DNA from: Macrostomum hystrix
Lineage: Eukaryota > Animalia > Platyhelminthes
Length of the DNA: 64,000 bases
Direction: 5' to 3'
Assembly: GCA_950097015.1 (NCBI GenBank)
Contig: CATNEN010000038.1
Coordinates: forward strand, 24,676,001-24,740,000
Positions 36,201 through 45,300 of the stretch are shown piece by piece. A program made the position numbers and the translations under genes. The notes under the pieces were generated by a model. It did not search any database. It was given only the letters and a program-made list of their open reading frames with translations, and was not told the DNA's origin. Every line of letters begins with the position of its first letter. Within the stretch, counting starts at the first letter, position 1.

Positions 36201-38065
36201 GACACAGTCATTCAGGCCCTGCCTCAAGTTGGCAATCTCGGTCTCCTATTCTTCCTGCTATTCTTCATCTTTGCCGCTCTGGGCGTTGAACTATTCGGTC
36301 GGCTCGGTGAGTCCTCTGGGCTGTAGAGATGAGTGACTTAATAGCCATTATTCTTTACCTTTTGTATTTTGTCAACTGAAACACTCGTGGTACTGCTGAA
36401 AGTTGAGTATATAAATGAGAGGCCCAGATGTGCAGAAATTGGTATGGCGAATGGCGTATGGCGAATCCATGTTCAGTAACTCGAAAAACAGAACAAATTC
36501 CATATAAGCATTAATAACAGCCAATATGCTTATTTTATTAATTTTTTGAGCAGAAAAACTATGCCTATATTGGTGGTGATGAATTTCTCAACGATGCTGA
36601 TACTTTTTGACTCTGGAAGTTGTTTCACCGGAGAGAGCGAAAAATGTTTGTGTGTCCTGGTTTAACATGGCGCTTGTTGAGTATTTTTGCCCATTTTTTA
36701 ATTCTCGGTCTGTAATCTAGGGTAGGGTCTGTAATCCTCGAAATCCCACAGAGTGCTCGCTGGACAATCCGTGCGTTGGCTTGAACAGGCACGCCCACTT
36801 TGAAAACTTCGGCATGGCCTTCCTGACATTGTTCCGAATTGCCACAGGGGACAATTGGAATGGCATCATGAAGGACACGCTTCGCGACAAGTGCGACTGG
36901 AGCGACAACTGCGTCAAAAACTGCTGCGTGTCTCCTATCATTGCGCCCATCTACTTTGTGGTCTTTGTCCTGATGGCTCAGTTTGTCCTGGTCAATGTTG
37001 TCGTCGCCGTGCTTATGAAACATCTTGAGGTTTGCTATTATTATCATTTAAATCTGTTTAAACGACTCATTAAAAAAAAACTCAAAATCCGCAAATCACC
37101 ATGATGTGCATCCGCCAGGAGTCGCACAAGATGATGACTGATGACGACGAGTTAGAGAAGGAGATTCGACGCGAGCTAGAGGAAGAGAACCGAGAGAATC
37201 AACGCCAGAGAGATCGACTCGAGCGAGAGATGAAGGAGGTTGGTTCTGTGCTACTGATTATCTGAGTGTTCATCGGTCAGTGGGGAAGAGATTTTAGACT
37301 AGCTCTCTGCTGAGTGTACATCGGTCAGTGGGGACGAGATTTTAAACTAGCTCTCTGCTGAGTGTACATCGGTCAGTGGGGACGAGATTTTAAACTAGCT
37401 CTCTTCTCAGTGTACATTGGTCAGTGGGGACGAGATTTTAAACTAGCTCTCTGCTGAGTGTACATCGGTCAGTGGGGACGAGATTTTAAGCTAGCTCTCT
37501 GCTGAGTGTACATCGGTCAGTGGGGACGAGATTTTAAGCTAGCTCTCTGCTGAGTGTACATTGGTCAGTGGGGACGAGATTTTAAACTAGCTCTCTTCTC
37601 AGTGCAGTACATTGGTCAGTGGGGACGAGATTTTAAACTAGCTCTCTGCTCAGTGTACATCGGTCAGTGGGGACGAGATTGCAGACTCTGAGCGTGATAG
37701 ATAAAATCATAATAGCTCACCCTAAACAGTCCCTAGAGTCCATTCCGGTATTTTCTGATGAGCTAGTGGCACCGACGCATGGACAGACTATTCTGCAGCG
37801 ACTACCATCTGAGCAGGAAAATGTGACTGCTAAAATTGAGAGCTGCAAAATCTCCTGCACAGATCGCCTAATTGAGCGTCGCTTATCGTCAATCTACGAC
37901 AGACCTTCGTTGCCTGCTGAGGATAGACGACGTCGCTTCTCCGAGATTCGTCTGGGCGCTGTTGAAGCCTCTCTAGACTACGAACCCGCTGTCGCACAGC
38001 TCGACCAAGAGGTTGAAAGGATACAACTTGAAATATTCGATGCTAACCGTGTGACCGCTCTCTGA
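73..38065 (+). CDS. Cav3: T-type voltage-gated calcium channel alpha-1 subunit (Cav3, CACNA1G/H/I homolog), complete multi-exon gene, about 1913 aa with exon 12a
   Basis: Exons 73-284, 9287-9532, 11065-11162, 12797-12968, 14586-14904, 16386-16478, 17986-18171, 18255-18831, 19159-19280, 19684-19835, 20395-20580, [21656-21773 or 23470-23620], 24482-24637, 25979-26123, 26208-26500, 27208-27284, (28578-28679), 29702-30005, 30735-30826, 30920-31043, 31475-31847, 32650-33069, 33522-33673, 34128-34237, 35403-35533, 36157-36306, 36752-37029, 37119-37238, 37730-38065. All splice phases chain into one open frame. Four S4 arginine repeats; pore motifs SLESW/TQEDW/SKDGW/TGDNW (EEDD); gating-brake helix [11 protein letters not shown]...PGSCY; PRASPE and IITHTAATP Cav3 linker motifs. 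Confidence 0.97.
925..1200. repeat. 43-bp minisatellite (GCACCCAATCAGTTCGGTGGAGGAAGGGGTGGTWGTAGAACAC), about 5-6 copies
   Basis: Direct tandem repetition. Confidence 0.92.
2345..2615 (+). mobile_element. tRNA-derived SINE family A, 5'-truncated copy
   Basis: B-box-like GTTCGATCCC then the shared body GCAGCCGCGGAGAGAAGGCTTGGGGG...GGCCAACCTCCAAGGC...GTGTACACTGCCTGAC...GCAGAATTGCCTCC. Confidence 0.8.
3816..3966 (-). mobile_element. SINE family A, deleted copy
   Basis: Reverse complement of the family body and B-box. Confidence 0.75.
4075..4250 (+). mobile_element. SINE family A, 3'-truncated copy
   Basis: Matches the family head and body. Confidence 0.75.
4765..5600. repeat. C-rich low-complexity tandem array (CCCTCCCTGCACCTCC variants)
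   Basis: Direct repetition; source of several spurious ORFs. Confidence 0.95.
7000..7937. repeat. 32-bp minisatellite (CTAATTCACTGTGGGAACAGATAAGGATGTGR), about 29 copies
   Basis: Direct tandem repetition. Confidence 0.95.
8570..9160. repeat. About 16-bp minisatellite (CCCAGTCTCATCTCTT)
   Basis: Direct tandem repetition. Confidence 0.95.
9287..9532 (+). CDS. Cav3: Cav3 exon 2 (IS1-IS3, [14 protein letters not shown]...[12 protein letters not shown])
   Basis: AC acceptor, GTGAGT donor, translation matches Cav3 domain I. Confidence 0.95.
9615..9990. repeat. 25-bp purine-rich minisatellite (GGAGAGGTAGAGCGAGAGAATAGAT)
   Basis: Direct tandem repetition. Confidence 0.95.
11065..11162 (+). CDS. 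Cav3: Cav3 exon 3 (IS4, [18 protein letters not shown])
   Basis: TAG acceptor, GTAAGT donor, S4 arginine repeat. Confidence 0.95.
11187..12151 (-). mobile_element. Internally deleted mariner (Tc1/mariner) DNA transposon in Cav3 intron 3
   Basis: About 86-bp TIRs (11187-11272 / 12066-12151, CGAGGGGTGTCCCAGAAA...), TA on both sides, second inner IR pair (about 11355-11388 / 12006-12043), transposase remnant inside. Confidence 0.9.
11400..11750 (-). pseudogene. Mariner transposase remnant: N-terminal HTH fused in frame to the C-terminal tail, catalytic DDD domain missing
   Basis: QRQFV...[38 protein letters not shown]...GRP joined to [21 protein letters not shown]. Confidence 0.85.
12195..12715. 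repeat. Compound C-rich tandem repeat (CTAACCCTCAGACAACCATCTCACGCC / CCACCTCAC subunits)
   Basis: Higher-order repetition. Confidence 0.85.
12797..12968 (+). CDS. Cav3: Cav3 exon 4 (IS5, [37 protein letters not shown])
   Basis: CAG/GTAAGT boundaries; conserved translation. Confidence 0.95.
13030..13470. repeat. 20-bp minisatellite (GAATGTTTGGAAATAGATCA)
   Basis: Direct tandem repetition. Confidence 0.95.
13905..14510. repeat. 21-bp minisatellite (ACTTACCTGTTAGACAGGAGA), about 28 copies
   Basis: Direct tandem repetition. Confidence 0.95.
14586..14904 (+). CDS. Cav3: Cav3 exon 5 (domain I extracellular loop to pore helix, CVNWNQYY...[15 protein letters not shown])
   Basis: CAG/GT boundaries; conserved translation. 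Confidence 0.95.
14950..15232 (+). mobile_element. SINE family A copy
   Basis: A-box TGGCAGAGCG, B-box GAGTTCGATTCC, full body. Confidence 0.8.
16020..16370. repeat. About 39-bp minisatellite (GACACCCACCTCACGCCCCGCCGCTTC...)
   Basis: Direct tandem repetition. Confidence 0.9.
16386..16478 (+). CDS. Cav3: Cav3 exon 6 (domain I selectivity filter, [21 protein letters not shown])
   Basis: CAG/GTGAGT boundaries; pore loop. Confidence 0.95.
17330..17930. repeat. 21-bp minisatellite (CCATTCCCTCAGATCTATCTT)
   Basis: Direct tandem repetition. Confidence 0.95.
17986..18171 (+). CDS. Cav3: Cav3 exon 7 (IS6 and gating brake)
   Basis: [25 protein letters not shown]...PGSCY. Confidence 0.95.
18255..18831 (+). 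CDS. Cav3: Cav3 exon 8 (I-II linker, contains PRASPEISD)
   Basis: CAG/GTGAGT boundaries, phase matches exon 9; PRASPE motif. Confidence 0.8.
19159..19280 (+). CDS. Cav3: Cav3 exon 9 (IIS1, [24 protein letters not shown])
   Basis: Conserved translation, CAG/GTGAGC. Confidence 0.93.
19684..19835 (+). CDS. Cav3: Cav3 exon 10 (IIS2-S3)
   Basis: [26 protein letters not shown]...[12 protein letters not shown]. Confidence 0.93.
19945..20380. repeat. 36-bp minisatellite (GAGAGTGTACATTCAAGCCCACCACCTCACTCCACT); same family also at 19315-19500
   Basis: Direct tandem repetition in two neighbouring introns. Confidence 0.92.
20395..20580 (+). CDS. Cav3: Cav3 exon 11 (IIS4-S5)
   Basis: [27 protein letters not shown]...MDNVATFF. 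Confidence 0.95.
21108..21377 (-). mobile_element. SINE family A, near full-length copy
   Basis: Reverse complement of GGGGTGAGTGGCAGAG...GAGCTCGATTCCGCGGCGAGG... Confidence 0.8.
21384..21595 (+). mobile_element. Second tRNA-derived SINE (family B), head-to-head with family A
   Basis: tRNA-like head with GGTTCGATTCCC B-box, then a central-domain-like CAAGGCACCTAAC...CCAGCTGTTAAATGGGT. Confidence 0.6.
21656..21773 (+). CDS. Cav3: Cav3 mutually exclusive exon 12a (short, 3-Cys domain II turret)
   Basis: [39 protein letters not shown]; 118 nt; CAG/GT boundaries. Confidence 0.92.
22195..22680. repeat. 20-bp minisatellite (GATATGGTGTTCACCTGTTA) between exons 12a and 12b
   Basis: Direct tandem repetition. 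Confidence 0.95.
23470..23620 (+). CDS. Cav3: Cav3 mutually exclusive exon 12b (long, 5-Cys domain II turret)
   Basis: [50 protein letters not shown]; 151 nt; same phases as 12a. Confidence 0.92.
24482..24637 (+). CDS. Cav3: Cav3 exon 13 (domain II filter and IIS6)
   Basis: [15 protein letters not shown]...[15 protein letters not shown]. Confidence 0.95.
25979..26123 (+). CDS. Cav3: Cav3 II-III linker exon (KAVSSAVNS...KNCY)
   Basis: CAG acceptor, phase-compatible GT donor (an in-frame alternative donor lies 9 nt downstream); poorly conserved sequence. Confidence 0.65.
26208..26500 (+). CDS. Cav3: Cav3 II-III linker exon ([12 protein letters not shown], polyQ)
   Basis: Conserved IITHTAATP motif; CAG/GTGAGC. 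Confidence 0.8.
26545..27115. repeat. 20-bp minisatellite (GCCTTCCCTAATACCACACA)
   Basis: Direct tandem repetition. Confidence 0.95.
27208..27284 (+). CDS. Cav3: Cav3 II-III linker exon ([25 protein letters not shown])
   Basis: CAG/GTGAGC, phase 0 to 2 bridges the neighbouring exons. Confidence 0.6.
27535..28335. repeat. About 16-bp minisatellite (CCCACCTCACTCCCAA)
   Basis: Direct tandem repetition. Confidence 0.95.
28578..28679 (+). CDS. Cav3: Candidate symmetric cassette exon in the Cav3 II-III linker (34 codons)
   Basis: Pyrimidine tract + CAG, AG/GTATCA donor, 102 nt, phase 2-2, open in the channel frame. Confidence 0.45.
28890..29170. repeat. About 38-39-bp degenerate minisatellite (GACACCCACCTCACTCCAT...)
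   Basis: Direct tandem repetition. Confidence 0.85.
29702..30005 (+). CDS. Cav3: Cav3 II-III linker exon (GCNGH...REENFW)
   Basis: CNG motif, GTGAGG donor; AAG acceptor is weak but phase-consistent. Confidence 0.65.
30030..30590 (+). mobile_element. Two tandem SINE family A copies (partial about 30030-30200; near full-length about 30247-30590)
   Basis: GGGGGTGAGTGGCAGAGCGG A-box and GAGCTCGATTCC B-box, family body. Confidence 0.8.
30735..30826 (+). CDS. Cav3: Cav3 exon before IIIS1 ([19 protein letters not shown])
   Basis: TAG/GTGAGG; conserved motif. Confidence 0.88.
30920..31043 (+). CDS. Cav3: Cav3 IIIS1 exon ([25 protein letters not shown])
   Basis: Conserved translation. Confidence 0.94.
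31210..31410. repeat. 32-bp minisatellite (TATGGCTTGTTTTCCTTCCCCGGAAAGTACAC)
   Basis: Direct tandem repetition. Confidence 0.85.
31475..31847 (+). CDS. Cav3: Cav3 IIIS2-S5 exon
   Basis: GWNLMDG...[29 protein letters not shown]. Confidence 0.96.
32104..32360. repeat. 55-bp minisatellite (GATCGATAAAACTGGGGTGGTGGGCAT...)
   Basis: About 4.5 copies. Confidence 0.9.
32650..33069 (+). CDS. Cav3: Cav3 domain III pore and IIIS6 exon
   Basis: [22 protein letters not shown]...[15 protein letters not shown]. Confidence 0.96.
33522..33673 (+). CDS. Cav3: Cav3 III-IV linker / IVS1 exon
   Basis: [10 protein letters not shown]...[22 protein letters not shown]. Confidence 0.94.
33690..34085. repeat. 20-bp minisatellite (AACCTGTTAGACAGTTGGTA)
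   Basis: Direct tandem repetition. Confidence 0.93.
34128..34237 (+). CDS. Cav3: Cav3 IVS2 exon
   Basis: [28 protein letters not shown]. Confidence 0.94.
34818..35110. repeat. 21-bp minisatellite (TGTCTAACAGGTGTGCTGAGC)
   Basis: Direct tandem repetition. Confidence 0.93.
35403..35533 (+). CDS. Cav3: Cav3 IVS3-S4 exon
   Basis: [12 protein letters not shown]...[16 protein letters not shown]. Confidence 0.95.
35600..36125. repeat. 16-bp minisatellite (CCATCAACCCATTATT)
   Basis: Direct tandem repetition. Confidence 0.93.
36157..36306 (+). CDS. Cav3: Cav3 IVS4-S5 exon
   Basis: [47 protein letters not shown]. Confidence 0.95.
36752..37029 (+). CDS. Cav3: Cav3 domain IV pore and IVS6 exon
   Basis: [26 protein letters not shown]...[17 protein letters not shown]. 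Confidence 0.96.
37119..37238 (+). CDS. Cav3: Cav3 proximal C-terminal exon
   Basis: [23 protein letters not shown]; CAG/GT. Confidence 0.88.
37262..37680. repeat. 48-bp minisatellite (TGAGTGTACATCGGTCAGTGGGGACGAGATTTTAAACTAGCTCTCTGC)
   Basis: About 9 copies. Confidence 0.93.
37730..38065 (+). CDS. Cav3: Cav3 terminal coding exon (ends ...NRVTAL-stop)
   Basis: CAG acceptor in phase 0, open to TGA. Confidence 0.75.
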   Translation, partial: SLESIPVFSDELVAPTHGQTILQRLPSEQENVTAKIESCKISCTDRLIERRLSSIYDRPSLPAEDRRRRFSEIRLGAVEASLDYEPAVAQLDQEVERIQLEIFDANRVTAL

Positions 38066-39350
38066 CCATATCCCTGTGCAGTCATGCCTCTATACCGTAT
38101 CGTATATGTACTTTACTGTATCGCGAACTTCGTTTTTTGCATACATAATAATACGAGTATAATTTAGCCACAGCTGACCCGTAGCCAGCGAGAATGCAGT
38201 TCTGCTCACTGCATTGACACACCCAAGCACACGCACACAGAGGTGGTCAGATTGTAAATGTGAAACATGTACTTATTTATATTTAGGGTTAAATGAATTC
38301 TAGAGCAAAAAATAAGTTTTCCGTTGTGTTTTCTGAGTTAAGTATAAAATAATTTCAATGAGTAATTGCTTTTTTCAAGCATCGTTGTTGTATGCTACTT
38401 TCAGTAGCAATATTCTTTCAGTTCGTTTGTGCACCTATTATGCGTGATGTTCCACTCCCAGTGTGAATGAAACTGATTCCATGTAGTTTTTCTCTCTCAG
38501 AAAATTAGTCTCCACATGGCGCACAGGGGCTGCATGGGGACCCTGCTGTGGCTAGAGCTTTTACACTTCTCACATAGAAGTCTCTAGTTAGATTTTTAGC
38601 CCAAATGGAAGCGTTTGGGTGTCTCAATTTAAAATTTAGCTCAATTTAACTTTCATAGCGAAGTCATCATTTTCATTTTTGCTCGTTGCATTTTCTTTGC
38701 AGACAATGGAAGAAACGAAGCGTGTGTTTTTAATGCGTTTATGATGAACATCGGATTGAAAATGTACTTTATTTAATATATAGATAATGCTCTCATAACA
38801 TTACTCTAATCTTAAAGCATCTTTTCAATTTCAGAGATTGCACTCTATCTCACTTCTCATCTCAAATTCCTATGCGAAGCAATTTTTGTCTGATTTAGTT
38901 TTTAATGCACTATTGAGGTGTTGTGATTTACTTGCCGGCAGATATAATTTGGGTCATGTGACTTCATGATTAAAATAATAACAACGATGTACTCTTCATA
39001 TTTTAAATAATTTAACAAAAATTTATAACTTCGGGTGCTCATCAAAACGAGAAAAAAATTCTTTAAAAACAATGAGACAGTTCAACAAAATTAGATAATA
39101 AAAAGTAGATTGTAGCGACAATTGAATGAGATTTTCAGATAAAAAAAAGAATTTTCGCAAGGCGTTTTAATAACGAGGTAACTTTGACGGAAATAAGAGA
39201 TTGAAATGAAGAATAAAGAAAGCAAAAGAAGAATTTTTTTCAAAGAAAAATCGTGCAGACAACAAGAATACTACCAGTAGCTGATGAGTCCTTAGTTAAT
39301 ACAGCGTGGTTGCTTACCCGTTAAAATACTAATTAAGAACATAGCTCAGT

Positions 39351-42324
39351 TTAAATCGATCGGCCGCAGTTCAGGCCCTGCAGCAACGATGTCGCCGAAG
39401 ATTTTCTAGCAGAATCGACAGTAGAAATACACCGATTGCCGGCCTCTTGAATTTTTGGCGTCGGATAATCGTTGCTCGGCGACTGACGTTTCCAAACGTC
39501 GCATTCTCTCTCGGCTCTGTCCTCGGGACAACCGTTTAGGCCGATTAGTTCTCGACCGTCGTCAACTTTGACGGTGTCGCTGAATGCCACCGCTCTTGGC
39601 TGTCGTCGCATTGCCGGCTGTGGCCGCTGCGGCACTGAAACCTGCTGCAACGCTGACGCTTCAATACTTCTGTCTTGGGCCTGGAGGGTTAAATTATTTC
39701 CGGGAGATGGCTTTAGAAATTATAGTAGGCTTATGATTTGAAAGCTGTTGAGAGTCAAGCAACTCACCTTAACTACCTGCATTCGAACACTGTGATTTGG
39801 AGCAACGTCCCGAATTGAGCAAAGAACAGCTGGTCTCTGCGAGTCTGTCAGGCCGGCAACTCTGGGCTGTTGAAACGGCACCTGCTGGCACAACCTGGGG
39901 AGAGAAGGAACTTCAATACATCTTATCTAATCGTATCTAACAGGATGGATCGTATCTAACAGGATGGAGCGTATCTAACAGGATGGATCGTATCTAACAG
40001 GATGGATCGTATCTAACAGGATGGATCGTGTGTCTAACATGGAAAAACTTACTTTCTTCTCGAACTTTTTGGTGACTGGGAAGCAGCTTTTCTTTGGGCG
40101 CACAGTGCAACAGACTGACTGCTCGAATTTCTAAGGATCGTTTGGATGAAAATTAATTCATTTAGTATAGTTTTGTTTAATTAGACGATCTCTGAGGCTG
40201 ACACCCAAATGCTTGAAAACTAACCCCAAGACCTGCCAACCTCCAAAAAACAACCCGCAAGACACACCATACCAAAACACCCCAACCCCCAAAACTCACT
40301 AACCCCCAAAAAACGCCAACCCCCAAATCACACCAACCCCCAAACACGCCAGCCAAGACGCGCCAACATCCAAAAACACAGCAACCTACGAAGACAAACA
40401 AATAAGCAAAAAGGCCGAACTCAACTGATCATCCAATGGTATCTCATCTGCACGGCTTTTGTTGGTGCCGACATTAAATTGGTTTTCGATTTGACCGCCT
40501 AACGCAGCTAAAAATGTCTGAAATTTATAAACAAAGTTTGTCTTTAAACCGATTGCATTTTTCTTCTTCCGAAAGCAACCAAAAAGCCCGCCAACTCAAA
40601 CTCACCTGAATGCTGGCCTTCTTATCCTCGAACATGGCGTTAATTTCCTGAACACTGTCCCTGTGGCTCTGGCGCAGGCACTGAAATTCACATTTCAGCT
40701 GAGCAGCCTGCTGGCGCACCCGACGAAGCGATTCAATCCTGACTGTCCCACTGATAAGGCGGGACGCGGTGGCGTCGGTGGCAAAGGCGGCTGTTACTAA
40801 CGATGACATTGGATTCGAAACACTGTTCGCCCGAGCGGAACTCGACGAACCATCTGAGTTTGCTGCATAGTTATAATAAAGAAGATTAATAATAATAATT
40901 AGGACGGTTGTGGGCATCAAATTATTTAATTTGAATCATTACTATAACTTACTGCTGTGTCCAGAGAAGGCACTATCAAGGCTGCTGTTGCTGGGAGCAT
41001 GGCAGGTCACTGTATTCTGTATTCTGTTCTGTCCCGCAGCTAGCTGAGAGCTGGCCTCAACCGGAAAGAATTCAGATGGGACGCTGGAAAATTTCGACAA
41101 CCTATTGCTTAAAATTTTCTGGTAGTAATTCGGATAAATATCATTGATACTTTCTGCAAGATTAACTTATTTTTGTTAACAATCAGTGCTTACTGCTTAC
41201 TTACCTGAGTTCTAGTACAGTTACCTGAGTTCTAGTACAGTTACCTGAGTTCTAGTACAGTTACCTGAGTTCTAGTACAGTTACCTGAGTTCTAGTACAG
41301 TTACCTGAGTTCTAGTGCAGTTACCTGAGTTCTAGTAGTTACCTGAGTTCTAGTACAGTTACCTGAGTTCTAGTGCAGTTACCTGAGTTCTAGTACAGTT
41401 ACCTGAGTTCTAGTACAGTTACTTGAGTTCTAGTACAGTTACCTGAGTTCTAGTACAGTTACCTGAGTTCTAGTGCAGCTACCTGAGTACTAATAGTGCA
41501 GCTACCTGAGTACTAATAGTGCAGCCACCTGAGTACTAATAGTGCAGCTACCTAAGTACTAATAGTGCAGCTACCTAAGTACTAATAGTGCAGCTACCTG
41601 AGTACTAATAGTGCAGCTACCTGAGTACTAATAGTGCAGCTACCTGAGTACTAATAGTGCAGCTACCTGAGTACTAATAGTGCAGCTACCTGAGTACTAA
41701 TAGTGCAGCTACCTGAGTACTAATAGTGCAGCTACCTAAGTACTAATAGTGCAGCTACCTAAGTACTAATAGTGCAGCTACCTGAGTACTAATAGTGCAG
41801 CTACCTGAGTACTAATAGTGCAGCTACCTGAGTACTAATAGTGCAGCTACCTGAGTACTAATAGTGCAGCTACCTGAGTACTAATAGTGCAGCTACCTGA
41901 GTACTAATAGTGCAGCTACCTGAGTACTAATAGTGCAGCTACCTGAGTACTAATAGTGCAGCTACCTAAGTACTAATAGTGCAGCTACCTGAGTACTAAT
42001 AGTACAGCTACCTGAGTACTAATAGTGCAGCTACCTGTGTACTCATAGTGCAGCTACCTGTGTACTCATAGTGCAGCTAACTGAGTACTAATAGTGCAGC
42101 TACCTGAGTACTCATAGTGCAGCTACCTGAGTACTCATAGTGCAGCTACCTGTGTACTCATAGTGCAGCTACCTGAGTACTAATAGTGCAGCCACCTGAG
42201 TACTAATAGTGCAGCTACCTGAATACTCAACTAAAGCATTCTTCTGAACATTTCTGAGCTTCTGAGTAAGAAAAAACATATTTAGATTCAGACGAAGCAT
42301 ACCTCGAAATTTGAGCAGAGAGCC

Positions 42325-42359
<35 letters not shown>

Positions 42360-45300
42360 GCCGGTGTCAACAATGTCAGCATTCCCTGCGACAACGCCCT
42401 GCTCTCTTCTAAAAAGTACCCGCCTTCGCGCATAGCTGCAAACGAGAGAATAGTTAGTGAGCATGTTTTCTTGCACTTACTTTTGGTTAGTTGAATTTTC
42501 CCTCTAACCCATCCAGGACTTTCTAAAAATGGTTCTTGACTTTCTCTTGTTTATTTTTCTATCCTCCTATACCTGAATTTCTAGGCAAAAATGAATGAAA
42601 CTGCTGTTGACTTGTCTAACTCCACTAATTAACTTTCTTTTGCTCCCGAGTACATATCCGGAACAAGAAGTTCTCAGCTTTGCTTCAAAATTTGTTTACT
42701 CAGCGTATAAGCGTGGGTGGAGGTAATTGCCTGAATTTTAGCCTGTCTGTCGGTACCCCTGCTGTGTTTACCTAGAGTGTCTGTCTGTGTCTACCTAGAG
42801 TGTCTGTCTGTGTCTACCTAGAGTGTCTGTCTGAGCCTACCTAGAGTGTCTGTCTGTGTCTACCTAGAGTGTCTGTCTGTGTCTACCCAGAGTGTCTGTC
42901 TGTGTCTACCCAGAGTGTCTGTCTGAGCCTACCTAGAGTGTCTGTCTAAGCCTACCTAGAGTGTCTGTCTGTGTCTACCTAGAGTGTCTGTCTGAGCCTA
43001 CCTAGAGTGTCTGTCTGTGTCTACCTAGAGTGTCGGTCTGTGTCTACCTAGAGTGTCTGTCTGTGTCTACCTAGAGTGTCTGTCTGTGTCTACCTAGATT
43101 GTCTGTCTGTGTCTACCCAGAGTCTCGGTCTGTGTCATCCTAGAGTGTCTGTCTGTGTCTACCCAGAGTGTCTGTCTGTGTCTACCCAGAGTGTCGGTCT
43201 GTGTCATCCTAGAGTGTCTGTCTGTGTTTACCTAGATTGTCTGTCTGTGCCTACCTAGATTGTCGGTCTGTGTCTACCTAGAGTGTCTGTGTCTCACCTT
43301 GTTGTACCTCTCGAGGACAGGTGCAAATCAGATCTCCGTGTTGCTGCTGCTGCTGTTGCTGCTGCTGATATTGATTCTGGAGCTGGGGCCGTTGCTGGTT
43401 GGAAAGGCGACCCCAGCTTTGAAATCCTCGTTGGTTCTGTGGCATTTTAAAACAAAATCTTGTCAATATTTTATCGCGCACTTAAAATTGTATTTTTTCC
43501 TACAAAGTAGCAAGAGATATTAAGGCAAGCAAAAAGACACTGAAATTGAAATATAAATGAGAGTTCCGAGCAACTCTCTGCTCTAGACAGACTTATTGAT
43601 TTTTTCGGTGAGTCGCTGCCCCGCTCGATCATAGTTATAAAGTGCAGTTCATTCAGTCGATAGGATTTGAGGCTATACCATGCAATGCTCAAATCACTTT
43701 ATAAGTTTTCTATGGCAATTTGAAGCAAATTAGTATCCCTTTAGTACGCTACAGTACCAATTCAGTACTTTACCGTACCAATTCAGTATTCTACCGTACC
43801 AATTCAGTATTCTACTGCACCAATTCAGTATTCTACCGTACCAATTCAGTATTCTACCGTACCAATTCAGTATTCTACCGTAACAATTCAGTATTCTACC
43901 GTACCAATTCAGTATTCTACCGTACCAATTCAGTATTCTACCGTACCAATCCAGTATTCTACCGTAACAATTCAGTATTCTACCGTACCAATTCAGTATT
44001 CTACTGTACCAATTCAGTATTCTACCGTACCAATTCAGTATTCTACCGTACCAATTCAGTATTCTACCGTACCAATTCAGTATTCTACCATACCAATTCA
44101 GTATTCTACCGTACCAATTCAGTATTCTACCATACCAATTCAGTATTCTACCGTACCAATTCAGTATTCTACCGTACCAATTCAGTATTCTACTGTACCA
44201 ATTCAGTATTCTACCGTAAAAATTCGGTATTCTACCTTACCAATTCAGTATTCTACCGTACCAATTCAGTATTCTACCGTACCAATTCAGTATTCTACTG
44301 TACCAATTCAGTATTCTACCGTACCAATTCAGTATTCTACTGTACCAATTCAGTATTCTACCGTAAAAATTCGGTATTCTACCGTAAAAATTCGGTATTC
44401 TACCTTACCAATTCAGTATTCTACCAAAACAATATTCTGTACTCTACCGTACCAATTCAGCATTCTACCATACCAATTCAGTATTCCAAGGTACCAATAA
44501 GTTGTCCATACTGTACAAGCTGCATTTTACAGTATAAAACGGTTACATTTCGCAAAACACTCACCAGACATTGCTGCTGCAACTGCCATTCCCCAATCTG
44601 ATGTTCACTAATTGATTTGCGTCGATTTGTTAAACAAAAAGCTGTTGCAGTTGCCATAGAAACTGGTGGCAATGCTAATTGAAGCACCGAGTTCTGAGGA
44701 ACATCGCTGAGTACGGAAGGAAGCGATGACATTTAGTGTCTTGCTTGATGGTTAATTAATTCGGAAAAATTCAAATAAAAAACTGGCCTTCCAAATCCAC
44801 TTACGCTGCATCGTAGATCTCTCTGTACACATTTCTTTGAATATCCAGCACAAACAGTCTACAAGCTGTCACATCCACTCCTCTGCAACCCAGTCGACAG
44901 GGAAATGCTTCCAGGAACAGGTGCAAAACTTCGCTGAAGCGTCTAGGCCGGCGAGTCACCCGAATCTGGCGAGACTCAGTCTCGCAAATCAAATTCAGTT
45001 GGAGAACGTCGACCGGCCAACCAGACGGCGACGGCGACGGTGCGTCAGCAGCGGCAGACGCCGCTGATGGGCAAAGACAAACACGATTTGAACTGCTTGC
45101 TTCCGTCAGCTCCGAGGCGCTGTCTGTCGTGCTACCCATCCTCAGTGTCTACCTGTCTCTACTAACCATCAGTGTCTACTTGTCTCTACTAACCCTCAGT
45201 GTCTACCTGTCTCTACTAACCCTCAGTGTCTACCTGTCTCTACTAATCCTCAGTGTCTACCTGTCTCTACTAACCCTCAGTGTCTACCTGTCTCTACTAA

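Noticed and set aside
39281-39300. CTGATGAGTCC hammerhead-like start
   Set aside because: No downstream GGAC-GAAA to close stem II.
43720-44601. 293-aa (TNSVFYR)n ORF, and similar ORFs at 17311-17910 and 34818-35120
   Set aside because: 21-bp repeat units are multiples of 3 and lack stops by chance; they lie inside introns.
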